Part shown: piece after piece, positions 43,228 through 53,181 of the stretch
Layout: every line of letters starts with the position of its first letter
Numbering within the stretch: position 1 is the first letter of the stretch
DNA from: Clostridia bacterium
GTDB lineage: Bacteria; Bacillota; Clostridia; Oscillospirales; CAG-272
NCBI GenBank assembly: GCA_017625935.1
Contig: JAGALA010000001.1
Coordinates: 34,473 to 98,472 of the forward strand
Direction: 5' to 3'
DNA: 64,000 nt
Translations under genes and position numbers: made by a program
Notes under the pieces: model-generated
Databases searched by the model: none
Seen by the model: only the letters and a program-made list of their open reading frames with translations
Told to the model about the DNA's origin: nothing

Positions 43228-44801
43228 TATGAATTTCCCTTGTCGCTCGGAGTGAGTTTGGCAACTTCGTTATATGTAGCGAAATAATATTTTTCTCCCT
43301 CAGCGGGTGCTGCAATTTGCAGGTAGCTATACTCTGTCGCGCCGTCCTTCTCTGTGCCAACGAATGCACCCATTGCAAACGGAAGCTCCTTTTGTGCCTC
43401 AGTAAAGCCTGTTATCTTCAAAGAAAAGAGGTTGAAGCCCGCGCCTGTAATATCAGCGGCGATAACGCCCGAGAGCGCGTTTCCTTCCGCGTCAAAGATA
43501 TCGTTTTTCTCGATATTTTTCTTTGTTACCGCAAATACGCCGTAGCTTATCTTCTCGCCCGTTGCTTCCTCATATTCTGCAATAGCTACATTGTTCACAG
43601 TAAAGCCTATTGACATACCGCCTCTGCCATCTTCTGATGCGGAGTAGCCAAGGCAGGTAAATAGCGGTGTTGTTTTTTCATAAGACTGTGCGCCGCAAGA
43701 TGCGCAAATCAATGTCTTTGTTCCTTCCTCATTAAAGCGCACATATGAAACGCCGCCGAAAATGCTGAAATCGTGCTTTGCGGTTACATAGTCATCAAGT
43801 CCGTCTGAATCGTTAAACAAAATATTGATGCCATCTGCTGTAAAGTCATTGAAAACAGAGCCTTCTGTTACATATTTTGCATTGTCGGGATGGGATAAAA
43901 TAATAGTTGTTAGCTTTTCGTATGGCGCGCGTCCTGTTGTGGTAGGGAAATAAAACGCACCGGAATTAACGCCTTGATTTGCAAATTTTATTTGTGATAC
44001 ATCGCATTGGAACTCAATAGACACAAGGGCAGGCTTAATGTCCTCGGGGGCATAAAAGGTAGGTATTTCGTTATGGTGCTGAATCGCAAAAAGGACAGTT
44101 AGCGCCTGTGTTCCTATGGATTTTACTTTAGGGCCTAAAATCAAGTGTGTTACATTGGAAATAGCGTTATTAAATGCTGAACCACCAATAGTTTCTGCAT
44201 TTATATAAAGCTCTCCCTCAAACGCACCGTAGCAGCTATCAAAAGCATTTGAACCAATAGTTGTTAAGTTCCTTGGCAAATTTTTAACACTTGCCATTCT
44301 TCTTGCTTGGTTTGCAAAGCAAAGCGGAATAGCTGTTATTTGGCTATTTTCTCCAAAGTCAACACATCTTAGCTGATTTACACATTCGTTCATATCGTTA
44401 ACCTTGTTTACGGTTCCCTCAAGCTGAATGTATCCGCACACATGCTTAAAATACTTATGGGTTTTCATTGAGTTTAGGTTGACATAAGTGATAAGATTTT
44501 CACCTACATATGCAGGGAAATTAAATCTTGTAAGGTACTCTGTTCCTATTTTGGACTTATCAATGCCTGCTGATGCCATATCTGCATCCATCTTGTCACC
44601 ATTAAGTCCGCTAATTGTATTGTCCGAGCTAACAAAATATTCTGCTTCCTCAAAAACAACAAAGTGTGTAAACGTGTCATTTTCTGCCTTGAGCTCATCA
44701 GGAATCGACTCAAGATATACGCTTTTTGCGCTCACACTTATGGCAAAAGCGCACGCAAGCACTGTTATAATAGCTAAAGATAATAAAAGCTTTCTTTTCA
44801 T
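43227..44801 (-). CDS. Secreted LRR / Cys-rich protein with conserved C-terminal domain (family copy 4)
   Basis: The start is MKRKLLLSLAIITVLACAFAISVSA after an AAGGAG RBS (the track start at 44855 is 18 codons upstream). The CTD runs from PLFTCLGYSASEDGRGGMSIGFTVN to ...YYFATYNEVAKLTPSDKGNS. Confidence 0.88.
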   Translation of the reverse strand: MKRKLLLSLAIITVLACAFAISVSAKSVYLESIPDELKAENDTFTHFVVFEEAEYFVSSDNTISGLNGDKMDADMASAGIDKSKIGTEYLTRFNFPAYVGENLITYVNLNSMKTHKYFKHVCGYIQLEGTVNKVNDMNECVNQLRCVDFGENSQITAIPLCFANQARRMASVKNLPRNLTTIGSNAFDSCYGAFEGELYINAETIGGSAFNNAISNVTHLILGPKVKSIGTQALTVLFAIQHHNEIPTFYAPEDIKPALVSIEFQCDVSQIKFANQGVNSGAFYFPTTTGRAPYEKLTTIILSHPDNAKYVTEGSVFNDFTADGINILFNDSDGLDDYVTAKHDFSIFGGVSYVRFNEEGTKTLICASCGAQSYEKTTPLFTCLGYSASEDGRGGMSIGFTVNNVAIAEYEEATGEKISYGVFAVTKKNIEKNDIFDAEGNALSGVIAADITGAGFNLFSLKITGFTEAQKELPFAMGAFVGTEKDGATEYSYLQIAAPAEGEKYYFATYNEVAKLTPSDKGNS

Positions 44802-44949
44802 AAATTTCTCCTTTTTCATATTAATTTTATTTGTTGAACTTTTTTGATAACCCACAGATATAATTTAGCATTATAAATATAAAATAGCAAATATTAATTT
44901 AGATTTTACCAATTTGTTTTGAATTAAAGACGCTTTATAAGAAAATCAT

Positions 44950-46098
44950 TTATACTCTATTTTGTGTGTTCCAAGAAAGGGGAAGGGGGAAATTGGCTTT
45001 TGCAAACAAATTTGGCTGAGTTACAGACACGGGTGGATGCATTCCGAAAATAAATCTTGTTGCATCAGACTTTGAAAGCTCGAAATCGCACTCGCCGTCA
45101 AATTTGACACATCCACAGTCATTTTCATTTGCAAAAATCTTGATTTTTCCATAATCCTTTATGGAAATAGTAACGCTTCCCGGCAACAAGCAAGTATAGC
45201 TCGCTTTCAATTTGATATAGGCATCAACCACCCTTTCAAAGTTTACTACATTAAAATTTGATGGAATTTGTATGCTCATATATTCAGCGCACTTATTAAT
45301 TTCTCTTATTAAATCTATATCGTGCTGGGGCAAGGTTATTGAAAAACCATCATTTAAGTAATTCGAAATTGCAACAACCGTATCTAAATATGATTCTTTA
45401 TTAATTGCATACGCTTCTGACACCTCTTTTTTATCAGATGCCAAAGCAAAATAACCGATGGGCTCATCATTTTTAGTTACTAAATAGGGTGTGTTTTTCC
45501 ACGCTGTCATTACTCTGTACATTACATCGTTATCATTTCTCAACACACTTACCTTGTTTTGATGATATACCTCTCTTGCGAAGGCTAAAGAGTTTTCATC
45601 ATTTGACAAAATCTCAACAGCTCTTGTATTTTGACCGTAGTCCCCAAGCAATGACTTTTTTGTATTTTTTGGCGTTATGTAATAAGAGTAATTCCCACCG
45701 CAAAGCTCAAAGCCAAAGCGCAAATATCTTGCTCTGTCGCCACCGAGCCTACAAATGTCATATTTTTCTTCCTTTACAATTTCCATAGCGCGATTAAGCA
45801 AAATATTCATATATCCCCGTCCCTCGTAATCGGGATGTGTAGCAACATTTCCAACGGTGCAAAAATTAATTTTTCTATCCAAAACCTTTGTTGGCAAAGG
45901 ATAAACTCCAACAGCTGAAACAAGCTTATTATCCAAGAAAAGTCCTATATGCTTTCTCATATGCGCGTCATCTCTTAAGCACATATTGGGTAGCTCCCTT
46001 TCAAAATCCATTGTGCATTTATTTTGTCTAGAGAAAACAAGGTTCAAAAGTGAAATTAATTCATCGTAATTCTCTTTTTTTAGTCGTCTAATTTCCAT
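44950..46098 (-). CDS. GNAT family N-acetyltransferase, Eis-like (GNAT plus SCP2-like C-terminal region)
   Basis: 382 aa with the acetyl-CoA-binding-type motif VATHPDYEGRGYMNILLNRA. Its length and architecture resemble Eis-type enzymes. Confidence 0.7.
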   Translation of the reverse strand: MEIRRLKKENYDELISLLNLVFSRQNKCTMDFERELPNMCLRDDAHMRKHIGLFLDNKLVSAVGVYPLPTKVLDRKINFCTVGNVATHPDYEGRGYMNILLNRAMEIVKEEKYDICRLGGDRARYLRFGFELCGGNYSYYITPKNTKKSLLGDYGQNTRAVEILSNDENSLAFAREVYHQNKVSVLRNDNDVMYRVMTAWKNTPYLVTKNDEPIGYFALASDKKEVSEAYAINKESYLDTVVAISNYLNDGFSITLPQHDIDLIREINKCAEYMSIQIPSNFNVVNFERVVDAYIKLKASYTCLLPGSVTISIKDYGKIKIFANENDCGCVKFDGECDFELSKSDATRFIFGMHPPVSVTQPNLFAKANFPLPLSWNTQNRV

Positions 46099-48946
46099 TT
46101 TTCTCTTCCTTTGTTTTCTTTACAATTGCAATGGCGCTTTCGGGACTAATTGTGATGGTGATTTTTGAGCCCACAACAGGGGAAACCTTGCCTTGACCGT
46201 AATATCTTATTTCATCATAGCTATCAAATGGTGCATCATACGCTAATGTGTATTCGTTTTTGTCGCAGTTGGTGACAAGCATAACGGTATTTCCGTCCTT
46301 TTCCCAAGAGGATGAAAGAATCAGCGGTGCTTCACTAACATCTGAAAAACCGATTGCACTATCTGTTACAAAGGTTGGAATAAAATCATTTGTTTTTGGT
46401 GGGCGAAGCATTTTACCGTAGTTGAAATAATCCTTAAATTCATATCTCATCTGGCACATACGGGACAAATACACCATTTTTTCATCGTCGTCAACAATAT
46501 CGGCATTAATCCAACCGATTTGCTGACCAAACATAACGCTTTGACCCACATGGAATCTGAAATATTCCTTGTCTGATTTTTTGTATCCGTTAGTGCTTCT
46601 GCCGAACATAACCACGTGACCTGCATAAATTTTTGAGAAAAACGGCACATAATTGGTCGCAACCCACGCCCATGTCAAAAATCCGTCAAATTGGTCAGCG
46701 TAAGGCTCAGCGTTACATTCGCTTGTGAAAATACAGTTATCATTACATTCTTCCTTGAGACGTGACATAATGTTCTTGTATGAACGAACCCACCAAGAAC
46801 CACCACCACCCTCGTGATTGTGATGGGGAGCACAGCATAAATTGGCATCGGATGCGCTGACCTGATCAAGATAAACGCCGTCAACGTGGCATTCCTTTGA
46901 CATTTTTCTGATAATTTCTGCAAGTGCCTCGCGCCAAATATGACTGGACGGGCACATTGCGGCAAGCTGACAAAGTGAGCCGTCAGGCTCGTGTGAGGCA
47001 TATGTTTCGATACATAATTTGCCGTCTACATCAAGTGTTGCGCCTGACAAAAATTCCCGTTCAAATTTCTCGGTTGAAAGGTCGCTTGTTCTTGTATCAA
47101 CAAGGCGAGCGTTGATATATGGCATTACATAAATATTGTTTTCGTGGAATTTTTCAATGCTTTCCATAAATCCCGCTTTTACAGGGAAATAGTACGGATA
47201 GTCATTGTTAAACGGAATTCGGTGCCAATTGTAAATATGATAACCAACAGGGAGACCAAGTCTTTTTGCAAATTCAATTGGCTTGTTTTTCCAATCATCC
47301 GGCTTTGGCGGAACAAGGCTTCTTAAAGAAATTGGAACAGGCTCAGCTAAGGGGTTATCATCATTAGGCATCCAGTCCATAAGCCAAACAGGAATATCCT
47401 TAAACCAATCTGGAGTATCGTATCTTCCAATTGGAGCATACCACTCTGCGTGATTTTTAACATATTCTTCGTATATACACGCAATATCGTACCAGTCACC
47501 GTCTAAAGCTCGCACAACGACCTTTCCAACCGGTTCAAAGGAGTTGTATGCTTTTCCCATAGAGGTGGAGGGATATTCAAATGAAAAGCTTCCTTCTCCT
47601 TTTCTGAACATATCGCATCTCATATCGCATCTTTCAGCACTGGGCGAATGAACGGCTACATAAAGTCCGTTTGATTTTTCTTTTGTAGGCTCGTAAATTC
47701 CAAGCACAGGAGAAACGCAACCGAATCCGTTAGGATAATGTGAGTTCCAATGAACCTCTTTTTCGTAAGCATTATCGAAAACCTGACCGCTTGCTTGAGC
47801 TATAAGCAAATGCGGCTTTTCATATCCAACAAAGGAAATTGACGTAACAGATGCTGATAATACTGTGTAGTCCTGTGAATCGTTGATAACCTGTAAGCCG
47901 AAGGTAATTTCATCCTTTCGGTATGCTCTTAGAGTGATAATTACACGAATTGGCAGGGAACGGGGAAATTCAAAAACAACACGAAGCTCATTTTTACCGC
48001 TCCACACATTGACATTGTCCCAGCCTTGCTCGGAAGAAAAGCTTTCCACCTCACCCGTTTTGAGATTTTTTACTTTAAGCGCGGTCATAGGATTTACACA
48101 AATCTCATCTATGGGCTGATAGTCTAAAAGTGATGTTTTTGCCATCGATGCGCCGTCTTTTCTTACATAAACCGCACAGGTAAGGCGACCACTTGTAATA
48201 TCGTATCTATCTCCGCTTATTTTTGCAGCAGGCACGAATTTCTTTCCAGTAACGGTTGGCAATTTAGGCTTGCCCTCTCCGAAGGAAATAACAGAGGATA
48301 AAGCGTAAGCTTCACTTATCATATTTAAAAAGAAATCTATTTTTGTGCCTACATTACTTTTTAGTGAGCAAAATTCGACCTCGCCATCTCCCGAAAGATA
48401 AGGAACGACCGCATTAACGCTTTTCGGTGCAAAGGCTGTGCAGCCTGCGTTTGATAGCATAATATAACCGTAATCATCACATAAAGCGCCGTCCCCAAGG
48501 GTAACTTGATGAGTTATATCATTCACACCAACTGAAAAATCAGGGTTAAAGCCTTGAAATGTATTAAATTTACTTCTTTCAAAATTCAAATCCATCCATG
48601 ACATTATATGGATAGGCAGATGTATTTTTGATGTAAAATATGTACTTATACGAAGTGCATTGTCACCGCACATTTCAAAACAGTAGTGAACTGTAACAGG
48701 ACCTATTGAAGTGTTATTTTCATCGGTTGGACAAGCATGAATAGTTAAAGAATTTTCATTTTCCTCGGTCTCTATATTTGAGCCAAGCATATTATAGTAT
48801 CCAACGGTTTTCAAGGTATCCTTTGAGAAAAACCTATATTCGTGCTTTCCGTTTGATAATATATAAAATAAATTGCCATTTTCAAGATTTAGGTTTAAAG
48901 TGAAACCGTTTTTAAATTTAAAGGTTTTTAAAAATCGCATAATCAA
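46088..48946 (-). CDS. Large cytoplasmic protein, putative glycoside-hydrolase-like (TIM-barrel-like C-terminal half); family not recognised with certainty
   Basis: 952 aa with no signal peptide. The C-terminal half has motifs such as HIYNWHRIPFNNDYPYYFP, VDGVYLDQVSA and CCAPHHNHEGGGGSWW. It overlaps the GNAT gene by 11 nt. Confidence 0.4.
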   Translation of the reverse strand: MIMRFLKTFKFKNGFTLNLNLENGNLFYILSNGKHEYRFFSKDTLKTVGYYNMLGSNIETEENENSLTIHACPTDENNTSIGPVTVHYCFEMCGDNALRISTYFTSKIHLPIHIMSWMDLNFERSKFNTFQGFNPDFSVGVNDITHQVTLGDGALCDDYGYIMLSNAGCTAFAPKSVNAVVPYLSGDGEVEFCSLKSNVGTKIDFFLNMISEAYALSSVISFGEGKPKLPTVTGKKFVPAAKISGDRYDITSGRLTCAVYVRKDGASMAKTSLLDYQPIDEICVNPMTALKVKNLKTGEVESFSSEQGWDNVNVWSGKNELRVVFEFPRSLPIRVIITLRAYRKDEITFGLQVINDSQDYTVLSASVTSISFVGYEKPHLLIAQASGQVFDNAYEKEVHWNSHYPNGFGCVSPVLGIYEPTKEKSNGLYVAVHSPSAERCDMRCDMFRKGEGSFSFEYPSTSMGKAYNSFEPVGKVVVRALDGDWYDIACIYEEYVKNHAEWYAPIGRYDTPDWFKDIPVWLMDWMPNDDNPLAEPVPISLRSLVPPKPDDWKNKPIEFAKRLGLPVGYHIYNWHRIPFNNDYPYYFPVKAGFMESIEKFHENNIYVMPYINARLVDTRTSDLSTEKFEREFLSGATLDVDGKLCIETYASHEPDGSLCQLAAMCPSSHIWREALAEIIRKMSKECHVDGVYLDQVSASDANLCCAPHHNHEGGGGSWWVRSYKNIMSRLKEECNDNCIFTSECNAEPYADQFDGFLTWAWVATNYVPFFSKIYAGHVVMFGRSTNGYKKSDKEYFRFHVGQSVMFGQQIGWINADIVDDDEKMVYLSRMCQMRYEFKDYFNYGKMLRPPKTNDFIPTFVTDSAIGFSDVSEAPLILSSSWEKDGNTVMLVTNCDKNEYTLAYDAPFDSYDEIRYYGQGKVSPVVGSKITITISPESAIAIVKKTKEEKNGN

Positions 48947-48962
48947 TCTCTTTTCTAACCTG

Positions 48963-49793
48963 TTATGTGTTTTTGATATGCTTTTGAACAGATGTTCTTA
49001 TGTCCCAATCTGACTGTTCAAGTAATTTTATTGCCTCTTTTTCACTTTCACCGGTAATTTCAGTAACAATTCTTATCATACGCCTCTTTAGCTTGTCGTT
49101 AGTTGGGCGTAAATTTATCATCATATTTTCATAGACATTACCGAGCTTTATCATTGCAACTGTGGAAAGCATATTCAAAATTATTTTTTGCGCAGTGCCC
49201 GCCTTCATTCGCGTAGAGCCTGTAATAACCTCTGCTCCTGTATCTGATATAATTGAAACCTTTGCACATTTAGTTATAAGAGTATTCTCATTAGAGGTAA
49301 TTCCTATTGTTTCACAACCAAGCTCATTTGCGTAATTAAGAGCACCGATTATGTACTGTGCATTTCCCGATGCAGATATTCCAACCACCACATCTTTTTT
49401 TGTAAGATGCTTGTCCTTTAAATCCTTAATACCGCTTTCGTAGCTGTCTTCTGCACCCTCGGCGGCTTGAAACATACATTTTTCTCCTCCGGCAATAATG
49501 CCGATTACCATATCTCTCGGCACTCCATAGGTAGGTGGACATTCGGTAGCATCCAAAACGCCAAGCCTGCCTGATGTTCCTGCTCCAACATAAATAAGCC
49601 TACCGCCCCGGGATAGCTTTTCTGCGATTATATCACAAGCAATTTCAATTTTGTCAAGTGCATTTCTTACAGAAAGCACCGCATTTTCGTTTTCCTTTTG
49701 AATTATGTCAAGCATCTTAGCAGTTGTCATACGGTCTATATTTGTGCTATTGGGATTGCGCATCTCTGTTTTTAATATTTTATGCTCATTCAT
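48963..49793 (-). CDS. murQ: N-acetylmuramic acid 6-phosphate etherase
   Basis: 276 aa. It has a SIS domain (GRLIYVGAGTSGRLG), the N-terminal TE..NP.S..ID motif (TEMRNPNSTNIDRMTT) and a C-terminal UBA-like tail typical of MurQ. Confidence 0.85.
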   Translation of the reverse strand: MNEHKILKTEMRNPNSTNIDRMTTAKMLDIIQKENENAVLSVRNALDKIEIACDIIAEKLSRGGRLIYVGAGTSGRLGVLDATECPPTYGVPRDMVIGIIAGGEKCMFQAAEGAEDSYESGIKDLKDKHLTKKDVVVGISASGNAQYIIGALNYANELGCETIGITSNENTLITKCAKVSIISDTGAEVITGSTRMKAGTAQKIILNMLSTVAMIKLGNVYENMMINLRPTNDKLKRRMIRIVTEITGESEKEAIKLLEQSDWDIRTSVQKHIKNT

Positions 49794-50919
49794 TTTGATT
49801 TCTCTTCCTCCAAAGTGCCTTTGCTAACTCCAAGGCTCCGTTAACGGGCGGAACATCCAAAACTTGAATATTGCATTTTTTTATATCATTCCCAAGCTCG
49901 TCAGTAAGATACGGAAGTAAAAGCTTTTGGTTAGTCAAGCCGCCGCCCAATATTATAGGAATTCTTTCGTTATAATTTGAAAAATGAGAAAGTGAGGCAC
50001 GGACAAGTCTGGCAATTTCAGCTATATGCTTCTTTAGTATAGCAATAGATACACGGTCGCCCTTTTCAGCCTCCTCAAAAACGTACATAGCATATGAAGA
50101 CACCAGTTTGTTTCCCCCATTGTATAAATATTTAAGAAACTCACTGTTTGAATAACTAAAGGTTTCCTTTATTCTTTGTACTAAGGTTGTTTCCTCACCC
50201 GAGCCGTCAAACGCGGAAAAATAAGCATTTATGGCATCTCTGCCAATATGAAATGAGCTTCCGCCGTTATCGAATAAATATCCCCAGCCTGCAATTCTTT
50301 TTGTTTCTTCTTTCTTAACTACATAAGCACAAATTCCTGTTCCGAGAATCATTGTTATGCCCTCGTTATCACCAAGTCCTGCAGCGACAATGTTGTTATT
50401 ATCACTGCCCACATCACAGGCGGCAAAAGACATTTTTTCAAGCATAATCTTAATTTCATCTGCATAGCTTTCAGATGCGCAACCGGCAATTCCCGCATAC
50501 ACCACTACAGACGAAAGAGGAACATCCTTACATACCTGAACAACGCCATCCTCAATTATGCACTTTGCCCTCTCTATACCCACGGTATTAGGATTGCATC
50601 CATCCATAAAAAGTCGGCAAACTATCTTACCATTGGGATCTGACAATGCAAACTCTGTTTTAGTTCCGCCTCCATCAATTCCCAAATAATATATAGCCTC
50701 ATCACATCTAAATAGCTCCAATATACTCACACGGAAAATATTAGCTACTCTAAAAAGCGCCTCTATAGACGGAACGCTTCCCTCATTTTCCCATTTGCTT
50801 ACTGTTTTTTCTGAGTATCCTATATTATCTGCTAATGATTTTTGTGTTAAATTATGCTTTTTGCGCAACCTGCGCACATTTATCGAAAAGGCTTTTTCAT
50901 AATCGTTTTTATTTGGCAT
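49786..50919 (-). CDS. XRE HTH fused to BadF/BadG/BcrA/BcrD-type ATPase (N-acetylhexosamine/MurNAc kinase-like)
   Basis: 377 aa. It has an N-terminal HTH_3 (LTQKSLADNIGYSEKTVSKWENEG) followed by GIDGGGTKTEFAL and the rest of an ASKHA kinase fold. It overlaps murQ by 8 nt. Confidence 0.8.
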   Translation of the reverse strand: MPNKNDYEKAFSINVRRLRKKHNLTQKSLADNIGYSEKTVSKWENEGSVPSIEALFRVANIFRVSILELFRCDEAIYYLGIDGGGTKTEFALSDPNGKIVCRLFMDGCNPNTVGIERAKCIIEDGVVQVCKDVPLSSVVVYAGIAGCASESYADEIKIMLEKMSFAACDVGSDNNNIVAAGLGDNEGITMILGTGICAYVVKKEETKRIAGWGYLFDNGGSSFHIGRDAINAYFSAFDGSGEETTLVQRIKETFSYSNSEFLKYLYNGGNKLVSSYAMYVFEEAEKGDRVSIAILKKHIAEIARLVRASLSHFSNYNERIPIILGGGLTNQKLLLPYLTDELGNDIKKCNIQVLDVPPVNGALELAKALWRKRNQNE

Positions 50920-50960
50920 ATTTTCTCACCTTTCCCTACTCACAGTATACCTTTAAACCA

Positions 50961-50989
50961 ATTATATCTTAATTATACTTAGTTGTCAA
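50961..50989 (-). promoter_or_regulatory. Perfect-consensus SigA promoter of the XRE-kinase/murQ operon
   Basis: On the minus strand, TTGACA (50989-84), a 17-nt spacer, then TATAAT (50966-61). Confidence 0.7.
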
Positions 50990-51192
50990 CCGACAGATAA
51001 GAGTGCTGAAATTGTAAATATCTACTGTTGGTAGAGTTTTGTTTAAATTGACTTGACAAATAAAAACGACTTATATGTTTCGTTCAAGGCAAAAGAGACA
51101 AGCATAGTAACAAAAAAGCAGCATCCCATTGACTCCACCATCAGTTATAATGTTATGTTCGGAACTTTAATATTTCAGTCCACCAAACAAAG

Positions 51193-51217
51193 AAGGTAGG
51201 TTTTTGTCTACCTTTTT
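51193..51217 (-). terminator. Secondary terminator-like hairpin downstream of cassette 5
   Basis: The stem is aaggtag / ctacctt, and both sides are T/A-rich. Confidence 0.4.
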
Positions 51218-51242
51218 ATTGTATATAGAAAAAGCTTACCGA

Positions 51243-51293
51243 AAATGATATGCACCTCCAAAAGTTAGACACTTTTGGAGGTGCATATCATTT
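51243..51293 (-). repeat. 23-bp perfect-stem hairpin (family GATATGCACC(T)CCAAAAG), copy 1
   Basis: The hairpin is aaatgatatgcacctccaaaagt tagac acttttggaggtgcatatcattt. It lies 21 nt downstream of the micro-ORF 4 stop and is inverted relative to 62433-62475. Confidence 0.85.
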
Positions 51294-51313
51294 AGTCAAG
51301 TAAGCCTTATTTT

Positions 51314-51466
51314 TTATTTAAATAGGTCAATTGCGCCAATGATTACGTTGCCGATCGAGTTACCGCTTTCGTCCTTGTTTTCCTCAATGGTATAATTCTC
51401 GCCCGACATTATAATGTCGCTTATATCAAGCAAGGCTTTTTCGTACATAGGAGAAACGTATTTCAC
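51314..51466 (-). CDS. Cassette micro-ORF 4 (50 aa, GTG start; chimeric: type-1-like head, type-2 tail)
   Basis: The product is (M)KYVSPMYEKALLDISDIIMSGENYTIEENKDESGNSIGNVIIGAIDLFK. There is a GTGA overlap with the stop at 51463. The first ~66 nt are nearly identical to micro-ORF 2. Confidence 0.6.
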   Translation of the reverse strand: MKYVSPMYEKALLDISDIIMSGENYTIEENKDESGNSIGNVIIGAIDLFK

Positions 51467-53081
51467 TGTGCGCTCACTCCGTTTTTAGCATCAACTATTG
51501 CTTTTACGTCAGTATATGAGGCAAAGAAATATTTTGCGCCCGTTTCGGGTGTACCGCCCTGCAAATATGCATATTCGGTCTTACCGTCCTTGGTTGTGCC
51601 AACGTATGTGCCCATTGCAAGATCGATATCATCCTGTTCGTCTGTAATGCCTACTATTTTAAGGTTGAAAATATCAAAGCCTGTATTAGTGATATCTGCA
51701 ACAATAACGCCTGCAAGAGCTTTGCCGTCCGCACCGAAAATATCGTTTGCTCCTATCTTCTCTGCCAAAGATGCGAACACGCCGTAGTTAACGGTCTCGC
51801 CCGTGATTTCTTCGTATTTTTCAATAGCCTCATATCCACCTTAAAGCCTATGGACATTCCTCCGCCCGGGTATTCAGCCGCCGAGAAGCCGAGATTTGTA
51901 AAGAGCGCGGGCATCTCTGATATTTCAGTGTATCCACAGCCCTCGCGTTGGCAGGCCGTTACCTTTTCGCCCGATAATGAATAATTTGAATAATTAATTA
52001 CTACGCTTGTATTTCCGTCCACATGGTTAACAATATATGTTCCGCACACATTACAGATGGCAACACAATCGTTTTTCACCGTTGCTTCTCCATGAACACC
52101 GTTACTAAACGCCTCGCATCTGCTGTAATTATATACTGCATATACTCCGCTCTTGTCGGGAAGTGCCCGATATTCAGCATAAGACTTTGTTGTGGCAGAA
52201 ATCACGCTGCTACCGATTGAAGCAGTTAATTCGTCTAATGTACCAACATAGTAAATTGCTTTAAATGATGTGCAACCACTAAACGGTGTGCCGTAGAATC
52301 TTGCCTTGTTACCTATGGAAACAAATTCAAGCTTTGTGCAGTTATTAAATGTTGTTCCACTACCCACTTTAGCCATTGTTTCCGGGAATTTTACACCTTT
52401 AAAGGGAACGCCGCTAAAAGTTGAGGAACCCTCAAATTCGTATAATTGAGTTCTTGTAAGGTCAAGCACCTGTCCGTCAAACAAGCTTGTGCATCCGGAA
52501 AACTGGCTGCTATGTGCCATTCTTTTAAGCTGCGTCAAATCCTCCAAGTTTATATACTTCAATTTAGAGCATCCGGAAAAGGAGTGGGTGTTAATAGCTT
52601 TTGTATCGAGTCTTAGATAACAATATTCAAGATTTTTCATGCCTTCAAACAGCCTCTTAAAGTTGTCCATAGGCTTGTTGAGAAATATAGCATTACCTGT
52701 ATTTCTGATAACATCATCGTCCATCAAATTAATTACTACGATTTTACTTTTAATTGATGTTTTTCCATCCTCAAGCAGGGCGTCCCAGCTCTGAACCTCG
52801 TCCCAGCTTTCTGCCTTCCATGTTACCCTACTGCTGTCATCCGCACAGACTGATGAATAAATCGTCTTACCATTCTCATCTTTACCATCAATATACCAGA
52901 TAAGGGCATTGTGGTTTGTGTCATACAACGGAAGCACGGCCCCGTCATTAAGCGTTACGGTAGCCCTATAATCAACCGTATTAGCGTTATGAACCGATTC
53001 TGCTTCTGCTGACACCGCAAAGGCAAGTGCCAATACAAAAAGAAATGTCATAACAACCATTAAAAATAGTTTCTTTTTCAT
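51463..53081 (-). pseudogene. LRR / Cys-rich / CTD family copy 5, disrupted by a 1-nt deletion near 51831-51835
   Basis: The track shows two ORFs in different frames (51753..53081 and 51463..51780). Alignment with copy 6 (56860-56920) shows one base missing after GFKVD. No slippery sequence is present at the site. Confidence 0.8.
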
Positions 53082-53153
53082 AAATGCTCCTTAATTTCAA
53101 ATAATTATCATGTATAGCAAGTATATCATATCATGGAAGCTTAATAAATTGAC

Positions 53154-53181
53154 TTTTAGGTCAATTTGTAATTTTAGGTCA
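53154..53181 (+). promoter_or_regulatory. Direct repeats TTTTAGGTCA x2 (18-bp period) in the AraC / cassette-5 divergent region
   Basis: The copies lie at 53154-63 and 53172-81, and the first is embedded in the palindrome TTGAC-ttttag-GTCAA. This is a candidate AraC-type operator. Confidence 0.3.

Noticed and set aside
51129-51217. Possible small plus-strand sRNA unit (TTGACT...TATAAT followed by a hairpin plus T-run)
   Set aside because: The -35/-10 spacer is only 11 nt, so this is not a functional SigA promoter. The hairpin at 51193-51217 is better explained as a second terminator for the minus-strand cassette-5 transcript.
51825-51840. Programmed ribosomal frameshift in cassette 5
   Set aside because: There is no slippery heptamer or downstream pseudoknot at the shift site. 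The simplest reading is a 1-nt deletion (or an assembly error) relative to copies 1 and 6.
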